Source: Camelus ferus
Lineage: Eukaryota
Reading direction: 5' to 3'
Assembly: GCF_009834535.1 (NCBI RefSeq)
Contig: NC_045696.1
Span: forward strand, 9,550,001-9,614,000
DNA length: 64,000 bases
Below, one piece after another: positions 52,224 to 64,000 of this stretch. Below the pieces are notes generated by a model. The model saw only the letters and a list, made by a program, of their open reading frames with translations, was not told the origin of the DNA and searched no databases. The stretch's first letter is position 1; each line of letters starts with the position of its first letter. Position numbers and translations under genes: made by a program.

Positions 52224-55200
52224 GTTGGACCAACGGGGAATTCACTCCTGATCAGCACAGGCCACTCAGACAATCATAGGAGGAGAGAGAGCTGGAGAGT
52301 CAGGTCTCACCGCCCTGGTGGGGAGAAGAAACCGGTTGATGTGGGTTTTCTAGAACAGACCACCTTAGGAAAGCTTCTCTTTGATGGAGAGAGAGGACGC
52401 GTGCAAGACTGTAGAAAGGAGGGTTAAGAGTCCCCACAAGGTGACCCAGGGCCGGGCGGAAAGCACAAGGCCTGGGTGAGGGCTGAGAAGCCTTGGCTCT
52501 TGTTTAACAAAGAGCTCCTGGGCCACTCTGCACCGGGGAAGGGAGCAAAGCCCCAAGCAGAGGTGACAGTGCAGCTCACAAGGCAACACGTGCTCCTGTT
52601 CCATTCGTCTGTGGACACAGGAACCCAGGTCCAAAGTCTGTTCCTCCTGTCCTGAACAAGAGCTGGTTTGTGGGTGAGTGTCGTTCTATTTCTCAGGCCC
52701 TCCAAGTATGAGTTAAGCTAAGCTTAGTTTTGAAAAAATGTCTGGAGGGAAAGAAATAAATGATAGGGGGGGAAAATTGTCCTCAGAAAGCCTTTCATAT
52801 CTAGAATTCCCTCTAAAACGTGAGGGAGACCTAGGGGAAGGGGAGGCAGAAAGTGACAAGGCAGGGCGGAGCTCAGGATGTGCTCTGAGGCCTCACATGT
52901 CACTATTTTTAGATATGACACATACCCCAAGAGTCAGAAGACTTGAGCTCTGGATGAGGAACCTACACACTCTGGTAAGTGACTTCCCTCTTGGGGCCTC
53001 GGTCCCATCTGCAAATGAAGAAAGGGGGTGTCAACTAGGCGGGCCCGACTTTTTCTGCAGTTTGGCAACTTACAGCATCATGATCACAGCTTCACTTTAT
53101 CGTGCCCGGCTGTGCTAAAGTGCACTGCATGCATTAGCTCAGCTAGTCTTCACACCAGCCCCACGAGGTGTAGTTCACTGTCTGCACTTCAGACACAAGG
53201 AAACAAGTGACATGTCCAGAGTCACACGGGTGAAGAGGTGGTGGGGAGGGGGGCACAGACTGGGATTTGAACCCATCCAGTCTCTGGCTCCAGAGTCTTC
53301 TAAGGCAGGCAGACAGCTTTGCACCCACAAATCACAGGGATGCTCTTCTTTAAATGTACTTACAATTAGAATTAAGAAAAGCAGCACAAAATTTCACAGG
53401 CCTTTAGAATGGGGATAATGAGATAAACTTTAGGGACTTTTTTTTTTAAACTTTCACTTACAAAAGCATCTAAATATAAAAAGTTCAGGCCTTATCTATT
53501 CAAGGTCAATGTGTCTTGAAAACAAGCTGACAGCTGGCACAAGACAGCCAAGTTCTCCCCGTGACTTTTTCAAAGTCAGATAAGCTAACGACAGGAATTT
53601 ACACCATAAATGTGTTTAAATGTGATGACCATGACCTTCATGTATAAATGGACTATTTGTCTTTAAGAGCTGCAGATTCTGACCTGCACTGGAGAAATAC
53701 ATTCCTAACAGGTTATTGCTGGAATTTTCACTTTCAGTGATCTCTACTAATTGCAGGAATTAGCCACGCTGTAAATTAAAATGTTTAAGTTTGTGTAAAT
53801 TTTATTTTTACAACTCCTGCTGTTGTTGAGTTGTAGACAAATATAAGCAGACAAGTTTGGCTGTTCCCCACACGTTTTCTAAAACCAAATTATATAACAA
53901 GTGAATTAAAGTAGGTAAGATATTAATTCCCAAGGTCAAGGACCACAAACAGGTCCAAAAAGCTTATAGGAAGAAATAAACTAAAAAGAATGCCACCCAC
54001 TTACAGCTCCAGGCCATGGAGGATCCTGCTCCCGGCCGGCACACAAACTATGTTTACTAGTGGTGTCACCTTGGACAAGTCCCGGCCTCTCTAAGCCTCA
54101 GCTCTCTCATCTGTAAATTCTCCTTCAGAGATTGGACTGGAAACACTAGGCACCATGCTCAGCACACAGAGAGCACTAAACAAATATCAATCATGATTAT
54201 TATGATAAATCTCTCTTTCCACAGATGGACATGTCAAACTGAAGATCATAAGCCTGCAGCATCCAGCGAAAAACGCCGCCATCACAAGACAGCAGGGCAT
54301 GATATAAAGAACCAGCACTGGACGACCAGGAGAACTGGCCATCTGGACTCTATTCTTGGTGGCACCAGTGGCAGGGCATGTGACCTGGGGCAAGTTATTA
54401 GCCTCTCTAAACCAAAGTGTTATCATTTTTAAAACCAGAATCCAAAGAACAACGCTGCAACTCCAAAATTCCTAAGTCACCATTCTCTTTGATATCATGA
54501 CATCTGACTGTAAAAATATACTGGCAGCTGCCTCCACTTCACATCCAGAGTTATAAAATTCAATCTCTTTAGGACAGAAATATATTTAAAGTCAATCTGC
54601 AAAGTAGTGTAAGGAGTGCATTGAGGGTGGGAGACCAGAGGGCAAATCAATCAAGCTCATTCACACCCACTGCCTCCAAATTATAACTTTTCCTCTATTT
54701 CCCTTAAATTACATGCTCCAACTCAGCCATTTTTGTAGCACCCTGCAGGACTTGAGCAAACGAGAACAACTGAGAAAGCTAAATATATCAGCAGGCTATT
54801 TGCTCTGCTGCCATCTGTACACCTGATGTGATGTTAGAACCAGGAGGCAGCTGGTGTCTGAGGGTTGAACTGCAAAAGCCAACTACATGCCGACAATTTT
54901 AAGAGGCATAAAATCTATCAAGTGCAGGAAGTTTTAAACTTCCCCTGGAACTATCCGCAGTCTTAGCTTAAAACTCAAAATAACAATGGCTTACATAGAT
55001 GTAGTTCTATTTCCTTTACCTGCAAAAATATTCTGATTTTTCCTTTGCTAGCTTTCTCCTAAAAAACAGAAAAGCTATTGGCTTATTTTGATTAGGCCAG
55101 TTAAAGCAACATGGACGATGTATAGTCCACAATCTATGTTTTCTTCTAGGCACACCTAACAAACCCAAGGCTCGGTCTGTCTCTTGGTGTCTAGGCTCAT

Positions 55201-55599
55201 TCCAGCCACTAATTAGGCTGCGTCCTTAGGCTGAACTTTCCGAAGCTGTTCTCAGTCCCAGTCTCTACCCTTTCCACCCCAACCCTTTCCCCAGTCCTTT
55301 GAGGTAGCAGTAGGTGCGGGAGGAGGGGGTTCCAGATGAACCTTGGGTATCACTTGGCCGACCTCTGGGCCCTACGCCCGGGTCTGCCGGGGTTCCCAGG
55401 GCGAGGGGCTGGGTCTCAGTTCCTCTGTAACCAGAGAGCCGGGCCAGGGTCCTCCCAGCTGTCGGGGCATGGCCCCGACACTTGAGGAGCAACACCTGCC
55501 CCGCTCAGACCCGAGAATGAGGGCCAAGGGCGACAATCGCTTTCCCCACCATTCTGCAAATCCGGGCGTCCAGAGCTTTCGCTCGCCCCCAAATTTCTG

Positions 55600-56250
55600 G
55601 CCGGAACCGACTCTGGACCGCGCTCGCCCTGCCTGCCAGCCTAAACACGCCGCCCCCTGGTGCCTGGTCCGCAGAATCGCGGCGCCTGGACAACCGAGGC
55701 AGGCAGGGGCGCCCGGGCGGGGGGGGGGGGGGGGGGCGGGGGGGGGGAGGTTGTCACCCTGGCGGTCCCCGGTGGAGGGCGTCCTGAAGAAAAAGAGCGA
55801 ACGCGGGGCCTGCCGTACAACTCCCCAAACCCCAGCGCCCCAAAGAGCAGCGGGGCCTCGGCTCACGATCCCCCTGACACGGACGCCACCCACTTACAAC
55901 TCCAGGCCGCGAAGGATCCTGCTTCCGGCCGGCACACAAACCACGACTCCCACAATGCCGCGGGGAAACTACACGTCCCGGCATGCACCGCTCCGCGCGC
56001 CGGCGCAGTGGGCCCGGGCCGTCTCGCTGCGCGCGCCGCTCCATGCAGCCGCGCTGTGGGCTGAGGAGGCCTTTGTGGCACCGTAAATAGGGTCACAGGA
56101 TGGAGTTGGCTGGGCCTGGGGCGAGCTGGCTGGGCATGGGCCGGGCGCTTTCTTCTAGGCCCGGGGCACGTTCTCATTCTGAGCTTACCTGAGCTGGAGG
56201 AGGACGGCGGCCGGAGGGGCGCTCGCTCTCCCTGGGTGCTCCTGGCTGTG
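55600..56250 (-). promoter_or_regulatory. SMIM11: CpG-island promoter and probable non-coding exon 1 of SMIM11
   Basis: Densest CpG/GC stretch of the window. Minus-strand donor GTAAGT at 55892-55897. ETS core CTTCCGG at 55922-55928. Two ZNF143-like SBS motifs at 55939-55961 and 55967-55988 (AACTACACGTCCCGGCATGCAC). Confidence 0.8.
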
Positions 56251-57369
56251 TGCGACTGAAGCCACGTGGGTCCCCAGAAGTTTCCAAATTTAGCGTGTAT
56301 CTTCTCTGCCAGAAATGCATGCATTTTCCTTTGGTATAGCGGTAGGGTGCCCGGTACAAGGTTCCCAGATTCTTTCCAGCACACGCTTAGTAAACTGGAG
56401 CGGAGTTTGAACGCAGTCAGTCCTTGCCCCACGGGAGGGCACAAACTGGACACCCAAATTCAAGGGTAACGAGAAGGAAGTTCACGGACTTCTTACTAGG
56501 CTCACCCTTCTCTGTATGAGTAAACGGAGGCAAGAGGAGATTAAGTGGCCGGCACAAGAAAACGAGCTGCAAATTGGAGCGGCATATTCGAGGTTTGAAC
56601 CCAGGCAGTCTAACTCCAAATCCCATTGTGACGTCTTGGTGGTGATGAAATTCAGAATGTTAGGGAGCGCAGAGGAAAGGACAAACAGGGATTGGAGGGC
56701 GGGATAGGTGTTGTGAAGCTGGATGGTTAGTTCTGTCAACAAGTGACATTTCCCTGGAGAAAGTTACAAAAATAGCTTTGTTTTAAGCACTTTAAGGCTT
56801 TTGTCTAACAGAAGCCTCTTAATAAGTCTATAAAGAACCTGAGAAGACTATAACCATTTCACAGATGAGGAAATGGAGACACAAACAGATTAATTTGTCC
56901 AGTGTTTTAAAGCCCCAAGTGCCAGAGCTGGGACCTGACTTGGGGTAATCTGGATCTAGACTCCAGCAGGGCATACACTACCATGTGTTCCTTTTCAAAT
57001 TGCTCCTGAGCTGTGCTGTAAGAAGTAAGGGGGACTCAAATCACATAGAGCCAGTAGATCAAGCAGAAGAAACTCTAAAAGCAAATGGGGTAGAAAAGAA
57101 AACCAGCAAGTTGTTTGAGTTGGCATTTTTAGTTGCCAGGCTGAAAGTAGCAGGCCTGGGTTTGGTGGGAATTGATGCTGGAGTGACAAACTGGAGCAAG
57201 TGCCGGTAACTGCAGACCTGAAGTGCTCGTCAACATTGAGCGTTTCTCCCATTACCCCAAAGTAAAGTGGGCTGATAATCATCTATGTTGGCTATATATA
57301 CTTTAAGTGATGTTAATAAACATACTAATTAGGAAAACCTTGATTTTTCCCCTTTAATTTGTTTTCCTA

Positions 57370-58142
57370 TGTCAAAGATAAACAAAGCCGGACACCAGCT
57401 GAAGTGTTAAGGATAGACCTTATTTAGTAACTATCACAGTAGGGAAGAGAGTCCAGCATGAACTGAACTCAACTTTGATTTGTGCAGAGGTAACTGGGCA
57501 TTTAAAAAAGGAGAATGAGGGAGAATGAGGGAGTATGAGGGGTGCAGGCACTTGAGCCGAGTCAGGGAAGTGGAAATTTCCAAAAAGCAGAAAGGATTGG
57601 TCAACTTGATCTGGGTTTGTTAATAGACACTTATCTGGAGGAGAAACGAACTTCTCTCTTTATGACCGGAGGCAGTGGTACAAGTTAGAACAAAGTGCCC
57701 ACCAGGTGGGAGGGCTACCTCCTTGAACGTTGGCATTTCAAAGAGACAAGACACTTCTGGGTGGTAAGAGATTAACAGCTCAAAGCTGGAGAGGAAGGAT
57801 TTATAATTATAAGATTTCTAAAGGAACTAACTGCTCTAGGAGAGATTCAGGGGGCTGATTGGCCTCTCATCAAATTTTGGCTGGAACAAACAGTAAATTC
57901 TCCTGGCAGCTCATTGATTTTCCTAAGGCAGGCACTTTAAAGGGAGCTAGGGTTCTCGTAGGGAAGTAGCCTAGAGCTGTTAGAAACTATGGTAGTGTTT
58001 GCTCAGCATCTTAGTGTGGGGAGGTGGATGATACCTTTTGTGCCAAGAATCTGCAGTGTTTATAGGCCAGGGTTGAGGTCTAGTTGAGAAAAAGGCTCAG
58101 AGGAGCCCAACCAGAGTTTGATCAAAGAGATAGTCTTTGTCA
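57370..58142 (-). mobile_element. ERV1-class solo LTR (MER31/MER67-like)
   Basis: TG...CA termini. The minus strand begins tgacaaagactatctctttgatcaaactctggttgggctcctctgagcc, like the MER31/MER67 5' end. The subfamily is uncertain. Confidence 0.6.
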
Positions 58143-59818
58143 GCTGGTAGAAACCTTGGATTCCTCTCTGGATTCAGACCCAAGGCTGTGATTTTATAGC
58201 CTGGGTTGCTGCTTTGGCCGCACTGGTTGAAATGTCCTGTGTGGTACAGCATTTCTGGGTTTCTGATCTCAGGAGGGAAGCCCCTCTTGCCATTTCTGCT
58301 CTTGGAATGTGAATGACTTTCCCTAACACTGTATTCACTGCTTCTGTTTGCATAATTGGATGTTTGTTATCAGAAAACAGATACCCTATATAGACCTCAC
58401 CCTAAGAGACAAAATAATCCATAAAGGGCATTGAAGAAGGGCTCCGTCACTGAATTTTGTCTTAGTGCCGAGACTCAAGGTTCTGCTCACAATCGCTCTG
58501 CCTTGGTTGAGTAGATGGGAGAGGAGAGTGTGAGTGAGGACGCACGAAGTTTCATGAAGCTGCAGCCCGTACATCTGTCTTGACATTGACTTTCTACAAT
58601 CAGCTACTCTGAAAGAGTAGACCTTAACTGGAGTTAGGGACTGTCCTCTGTCCTGCTCTAGCTACGCCACTTTGTGTTGGTATCGCCATGTTATTTCCAC
58701 GTCTGACTCCCTCTCTACTGAGTTCCTCCAGCTCAGGGAGTCACACTCATCTCTGTACTCCTGGGGTCTAGGTCAGCAACCCAAGTAGACAGATATTAAA
58801 TGCTGTTTGATTGAATTAACGAATGATGTCACCAAACCTGTGGACTGGAGATTCCCATCTGTAAATGAAATGGTCTGACAAGACTACAGTGATCACCCAG
58901 CTGCCTTCCAGGCCCAACATCCTGTGATATCATGACCCCCAAGGTTCAAAGTATTAAGCAGCTGCTGTCTGGCTCTTCAGTAGACATCAGCAATTCACAC
59001 ACTTTCGTACGTTAGTGCAAATAAGTCTCTTGAAACTTAAGTGAAAAGAAGTAATTGTAAATAGAGAAAATAAATTGAGTGAAAAGAGTGAGTCGTTTAT
59101 AAAGCAATGTTATAACATTTTATTATTTTTTTATAATAACAAGAAGTTTTAAAGGTTAGTTTTCTGTAAAAATTTTAATGTTAATTAACATGTTTCTGTT
59201 GCACCAGGTAGTTTTTAAAGATTCTACTCCTCTGATGTGGACTCTGCCCCTGTGAAATGTTTGTTCTGTCCACGGACTTCCAAATAAGCTCAGTGGTTCT
59301 GTTCATTCATCATTTCAAACTCTGCATTCATGAATTAATAAATAAATGCTTCTCTGTCAGTCCAGTGAGAAGGTGATAGATTTTGGGACCTCAGCGTCTG
59401 GGTAAAACACCTGGATTATTTATAAATTGAATTAGTCACATACAAAATAATATTTCATGAGAAAGAAGATGCCATGATTTGTTAATCTCTCCTTTCTGTC
59501 CCCACTGCCACTGCCCAGGCACTTTACTTCAAATTTGGACCTTATTTCCACTATTGACATTGATTAAAATGGCATTTGCATTGCACAGAAAGTAAAAGAA
59601 ATCTTCAGCATAAAGTATTGCTCCAATAAACAAGCATAAATCACTGAGATCGAAATGCCATCTGTCTCAGTTGACCAACCATGTGATCGCCATGAAAATT
59701 CTCAACAGAGAGCGAGGAATTGAGTGTCATCTCAGCATGACAACTTGGATTTGCTCCATGGCACGGGCCTCTCTTCATATTCGCATGTCAGACGATGGCT
59801 CTGTGTCTCTCGCGCTTA

Positions 59819-60190
59819 TCAAGGAGACATTATGAGTCCCGCTGCACCAGTGCTCTCAGGGATGTTGGCCTTGGATTCTTCCAGATTCAAGATCTGACTC
59901 TTGTACTTCTCCTGCCAGTCCTCCACAATATACTGGTGGTAGGGGTCGTTGGAGTGTTCTCGTCTCTTGGATTTCACCGTGCTCACCAGGATGGCTACGA
60001 TGATGAAAGAGAACATCCCAATCATCACCATGAGGTACAAGATGACGTAATAGAAGTTCTCGGCATCAACTTTGGCCTGCAGAGCCTCTTGTTCAACTGT
60101 CGTGTTTCTGCGCCAATTGTCCATGTAAGTAATAAAAACCCTCTTGAAGGCATCTTCCAGTGTCTGTGTCAGATTGGAAAGAGTAGGCAT
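59819..60190 (-). CDS. KCNE2: Potassium voltage-gated channel subfamily E member 2 (MiRP1), 123 aa, single coding exon
   Basis: ATG at 60190-60188. [31 protein letters not shown]...[50 protein letters not shown] is MiRP1. Acceptor ttgCAGCAG lies just upstream (60200-60205). The ORF-track start at 60208 is intronic. Confidence 0.99.
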   Translation of the reverse strand: MPTLSNLTQTLEDAFKRVFITYMDNWRRNTTVEQEALQAKVDAENFYYVILYLMVMIGMFSFIIVAILVSTVKSKRREHSNDPYHQYIVEDWQEKYKSQILNLEESKANIPESTGAAGLIMSP

Positions 60191-60390
60191 ATTTCCCTCC
60201 TGCTGCAATTTAAATAATAAAATAGATGAACAGGTTTAAGAAAATGGATTCTTTCTGCACTCGGCTACCTTAAGGGAAGGAGGGAGGGGCGTGCAAGGGG
60301 GGAAAGAAATATTATTATTATTTTTTTATCTGGCTGGTGATTGAGTAAATATTTTGTTATTCTTAAAATGTTGCATATGCATTTTATGCA

Positions 60391-60555
60391 GTTTAAAAAT
60401 ATTTATTTGTTTATTTGTTTTTTGGGGGGGAAGTAATTAGGTTTTTTAAAAATTAATTAATTTTTAATGGAGGTACTGAACTGAATGGAGTATTGAACTC
60501 AGGACCTAGTGCATGCTAAGCATGCACGCTGCCACTGAGCTATGCCCTTCCACCT
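60391..60555 (-). mobile_element. tRNA-Ala-derived camelid-type SINE (vic-1-like) in the KCNE2 intron
   Basis: The minus strand reads gggcatagctcagtggcagcgtgcatgcttagcatgcactaggtcctgagttcaat (A-box, AGC anticodon loop, B-box), then ctaattacttccccc and an A-rich tail. An 11-bp TSD, CATTTTATGCA, lies at 60380-60390 and 60556-60566. Confidence 0.85.
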
Positions 60556-61677
60556 CATTTTATGCATTTTTTGCATGCATGATACCTTACAATAAAAGTT
60601 TAACGGAGCACATAACACTGTACATAGTATGATCCCAATTTGTATATGTAAATAAATGTATACATGCAAATGAAAAAAGACTGAAAATAAAGCATTTGCA
60701 GTGTTAATAGTGTGTGGTATATTCAAAATTTTTTCTTCCTTATGTTTTTCTTTTGTTCAAAATTTTCTTCAATAATCTTCCGTTCATTACTTTGTTCCTG
60801 AATAGATCAGTCACCTCACAACAGCCAGCATGATGCCTTGTTCATAACAGATAGTCAACAGACATCAGTTGAAAGATGTAATGACTGATGTACGTTCTGT
60901 GTTTTTAGAGAATTACAGGGCAGAAGATTGCAAGGGGCACTGACAGACTTTGCAGTCGGCCCCACCTCCTATGCCTAGACAGTGCCTTTTCCAAGTATCC
61001 TGAGGAGATGAGTGTGTACATCCATACTTGAAAGAAGTACTTTAGGGAAGTGATACAAAAGAACAACCTGAGAGATCATTCATCAACTCCCACTCTCTGT
61101 GCCATCCTCACTCTCACTGCCCGGCCACCAGCACCTGTCACCTGGGTGATACAATGCAACGCATTGCAACCTTCCCCAAAACCAGCTCCTCAGGCTGCTT
61201 CTGCCCCTCTCTGCCCTGCAAGGCCATCAATGCGCTCTTGCTAAGAGGGAAATGGGAGCCTATCACTCCGTTGTTTTTTAAACAATGCAGTCCCTTCCTG
61301 TTGTTCTCAAAAGAAAATCTTCATTCCCTAACAGGTGTACATGGCCTGGTCCTGGCTGGCCTGCACTCCTCCCCATTCATTCTACCCTCATGCCACCTGG
61401 TCTTACAGGCCTGCCTTCCCCCAAGGCAGTAAGCGTTCTCCTGCCTCAGGACATTTGCACGTCCCAGTCCCTCTGCCTGGAATACTTCTGCCTGCTCTTC
61501 CCTCTGCTACCTCCTCACCCTTTTGGGCCAGCTTAACTGTCACTTCTGAGAAAACTTCCCTGGCCCTGCTCCCAGCCAGTCCCCCCCACCCATACCACCA
61601 CTCTTCTCCAATAGCGTCTTACTACTTTTCTTCAAAGCTCTCTTTACAATATGTAGTAGTTATGTGTATACACTGCT

Positions 61678-61711
61678 GGTGTGAGTGTTTGTGTGTCTGT
61701 GTGTGTGTGTG
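61678..61711 (+). repeat. Imperfect (TG)n microsatellite
   Basis: ggtgtgagtgtttgtgtgtctgtgtgtgtgtgtg, seen directly. Confidence 0.8.
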
Positions 61712-62272
61712 ATTATTGGCGTATCTTTCCCCGTCGACCGTCATGTCTGTGAGGGCAGGGCTCGTGTGACCTTTGTCTATCTTGGTACAGCCAATAGTGG
61801 CACAGAGCCTGGCCCCCTAGTAGGTACACAATGGATGTTTGGTGAATAAATGACTGTGCTGGGCACACACTGGGCACTGGAAATGAAGCGATGACAAGTT
61901 CGAGACTTCTGTCTGAGGAAGCTCCATGTAGTGGGAGATACACAGACAGGGCGAGGCGCAGAGTGGGCAAGAGGTGTGAACAGAGGGATGCGGAGCTCAG
62001 AGAATGGAGCCGAGCAGGACTCGTGAATGGGGCAAATTCAGGGAAACAGAACCAGGGAGATGGAGCAGGAAGTAAGCCTGCAGGGCCACCCCGTCAACAA
62101 CATTGGCTTTACCTAACAGCCTTCTAAGTCAGTGCCCTCTGAAGCAAAAAAAAAAAACAAAAACAAAAACAAAAACCCAGGTCTTTCCTCCCACAGAACA
62201 TGCCTTCCCTTCATTTCACTCACTGAGAATTCTTGTACCTAAGATAATGCAGGTTTCTCAATCTGATGTTTT

Positions 62273-62410
62273 TCTTTTTTTCTTTTTGGTAGGGAGGAGG
62301 CAATTAGGTTTATTATTTGTTTATTTTAGTGGAGGGACTGGAGATTGAACCCAGGGCCTCATGCATGCTAAGCACGTGCTCTACCCCTGAGCTATACCCT
62401 CCCCTCCCCC
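62273..62410 (-). mobile_element. Second tRNA-Ala-derived camelid-type SINE
   Basis: The minus strand reads gggtatagctcaggggtagagcacgtgcttagcatgcatgaggccctgggttcaatctccagt. A TSD, ATCTGATGTTTT, lies at 62261-62272 and 62415-62426. Confidence 0.85.
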
Positions 62411-64000
62411 TCTGATCTGATGTTTTAATTTCTATTATTTGAAAAGCTCTTGGGTCCTCCTCTCCCTCTCTCCTCCACGCAAAGCCTGGTGGGTTGAAAA
62501 GAAACAACAAACAGGTAAGATTCCCCAAGGGCACGTCACGCAGGGTTTACAAGCAATGTAACAGAGGCGTGCTTTTCCCCTTAAAACAACACAGTGGACT
62601 GTGAGCGAGTGCGGCTAACCGGGCTGTCATCCTACTCAAGACATCACCACTGGCTCCTTAATCCTTGAAGAGCCAAGGTCTCCTCATTCGGGGGGATTTC
62701 ACACTTACTTCGTGAATCAGAAGGCACCCCTACCCCGCAGCGCCAGGTCAGGGCTAGCCTGACACATGTGACGGGGTGGGATTACTTCACCTGCGAGCAT
62801 TCTCACCCTCTTGTTTCTTCCAGCCCTTCTCCACTTCTTCATCCGATTAAAAAAAAAAAAAAAAACTGTGATTTGCCCAGCTTGTACACCCTCTGTGGCC
62901 CCTCCAGAGAGAATTCCGTTTCCTTTTGTGAAGCCAAATTGAAAAATAGGTAAAACATAGAGATAACTTAAAAAACAGAACAAAACAAACAAACAACCCT
63001 AGAAGAGCTAAGTTTACAAAATAAAGGGCTGGCGGGTGCTGAGGGGAATTTGGTATAGTGGAGGGTCCCGAGCATGTGGGGTAGGAGGAAACTGAGAAAG
63101 GGAAGAAGAGGACCCTTCTGGGCAGAGAATTAGATCCCCTGTAGTGGTCTTTCCGTCAAAACGGAAACTATTCTAGTTATTTTTGCACACTGGACAGTGC
63201 TTCTTTGACACATCTCCAGATCGGTAAGCACTGGGCCACACGGGGCCGGCCTGGGACCTGGGTGCCCCCAGAGAGGTGATGGATTGCAAGCTCCTAAGTG
63301 CTTTGAGCTCCTCTGCCCACTCGACTCCCATATATCTCGTTCGTGGGCTGTGCCACTGTGCTCGAAATTGCAATGGCCCCTCTGAGTGGAGGCAGTAAAG
63401 GCCCAGAGTTACACAGGAAGGCCCGTAGGATGGGCCACACTCACTGCCAACATCGCTCTGTGAACGTTTTCATCAAAGCAACACTTTAGTTTTTCACCAC
63501 CTGCGAAAACCCTGGGCCAGTGCTTGGCTGATGAGAAGTGCTCAATCGTTAGTCCCCTGTCCCTTCAGGGCTCTGAGAGAACACGGGGGACACTAGGAGA
63601 GGTAAATTTGATGCCATCCAGGATGCGGAGCCTCAAGGGAAGCCTCAGTCATCCACAGCTGAAATGAGGATGGGAACCTGAAGCCCAACCAGAAATCTCT
63701 GCCAAAAATAGCTTTAAGACAAGAGACTTCGGTGCTGGGTCCCGCTGGAGTGGGGTTTGTTTCCAGGTGTGGGCGAGGCAGCATCCGTCCACCTGTTGGA
63801 GCTAATACTGCCGACTGTTTGTCCAGCTCTTCTAGTGTGGACAGAGGCGCACTGCTGAGCAGATCAGGAGGTGCTTTTTGATAAGACTTAATCACAAAGC
63901 TGGAAAGGGCCTATGGAGATTAAATGCCTAAGTGCTGACCGTTGGCCAGGATGAAAAAGTCAAGCCCCAGGAGGAGTCACCATTCAGATGCTGTTGCTTG

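Noticed and set aside
55343..56453. Several long ORFs (134-247 aa) on both strands
   Set aside because: Stop-poor GC-rich CpG island. The translations are low-complexity Pro/Arg/Gly/Ala with no family resemblance.
59795..60217. 140-aa + strand ORF
   Set aside because: Antisense shadow of the KCNE2 CDS, with no independent protein features.
60480..60550. tRNA-Ala(AGC)-like sequences (also 62335-62400)
   Set aside because: These are SINE heads with tails and TSDs and a degenerate acceptor stem, not tRNA genes.

Overview
Mammalian genomic DNA, most likely a camelid, judging by two tRNA-Ala-derived vic-1-type SINEs and cetartiodactyl-type L1 3' ends. The window is the KCNE1-SMIM34-FAM243(C21orf140)-SMIM11-KCNE2 cluster, syntenic with human 21q22.1. 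It holds KCNE1 (+, 4171-4560, 129 aa), SMIM34 (+, 7-nt coding microexon 23500-23506 spliced to 26317-26708, 132 aa; missed by the ORF track), FAM243 (+, intronless, 37159-37914, 251 aa), SMIM11 (-, 52212-52223 plus 48570-48734, 58 aa, CpG-island promoter at about 55.6-56.25 kb) and KCNE2 (-, 59819-60190, 123 aa). The rest is intronic or intergenic sequence rich in L1, MaLR LTR, MIR/L2, hAT/Tigger fossils and microsatellites. Two observations stand out. (1) FAM243 carries, in order, the motif blocks of an IS630/Tc1-mariner DDE transposase core with all three catalytic positions altered, which suggests a domesticated transposase. (2) SMIM34 aligns without gaps to the KCNE1 transmembrane and juxtamembrane region (12/34 identities), which suggests an overlooked KCNE-family paralog lying between KCNE1 and KCNE2. 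Gene names and repeat family names come from recognition by eye, not from database searches, and repeat boundaries are approximate.
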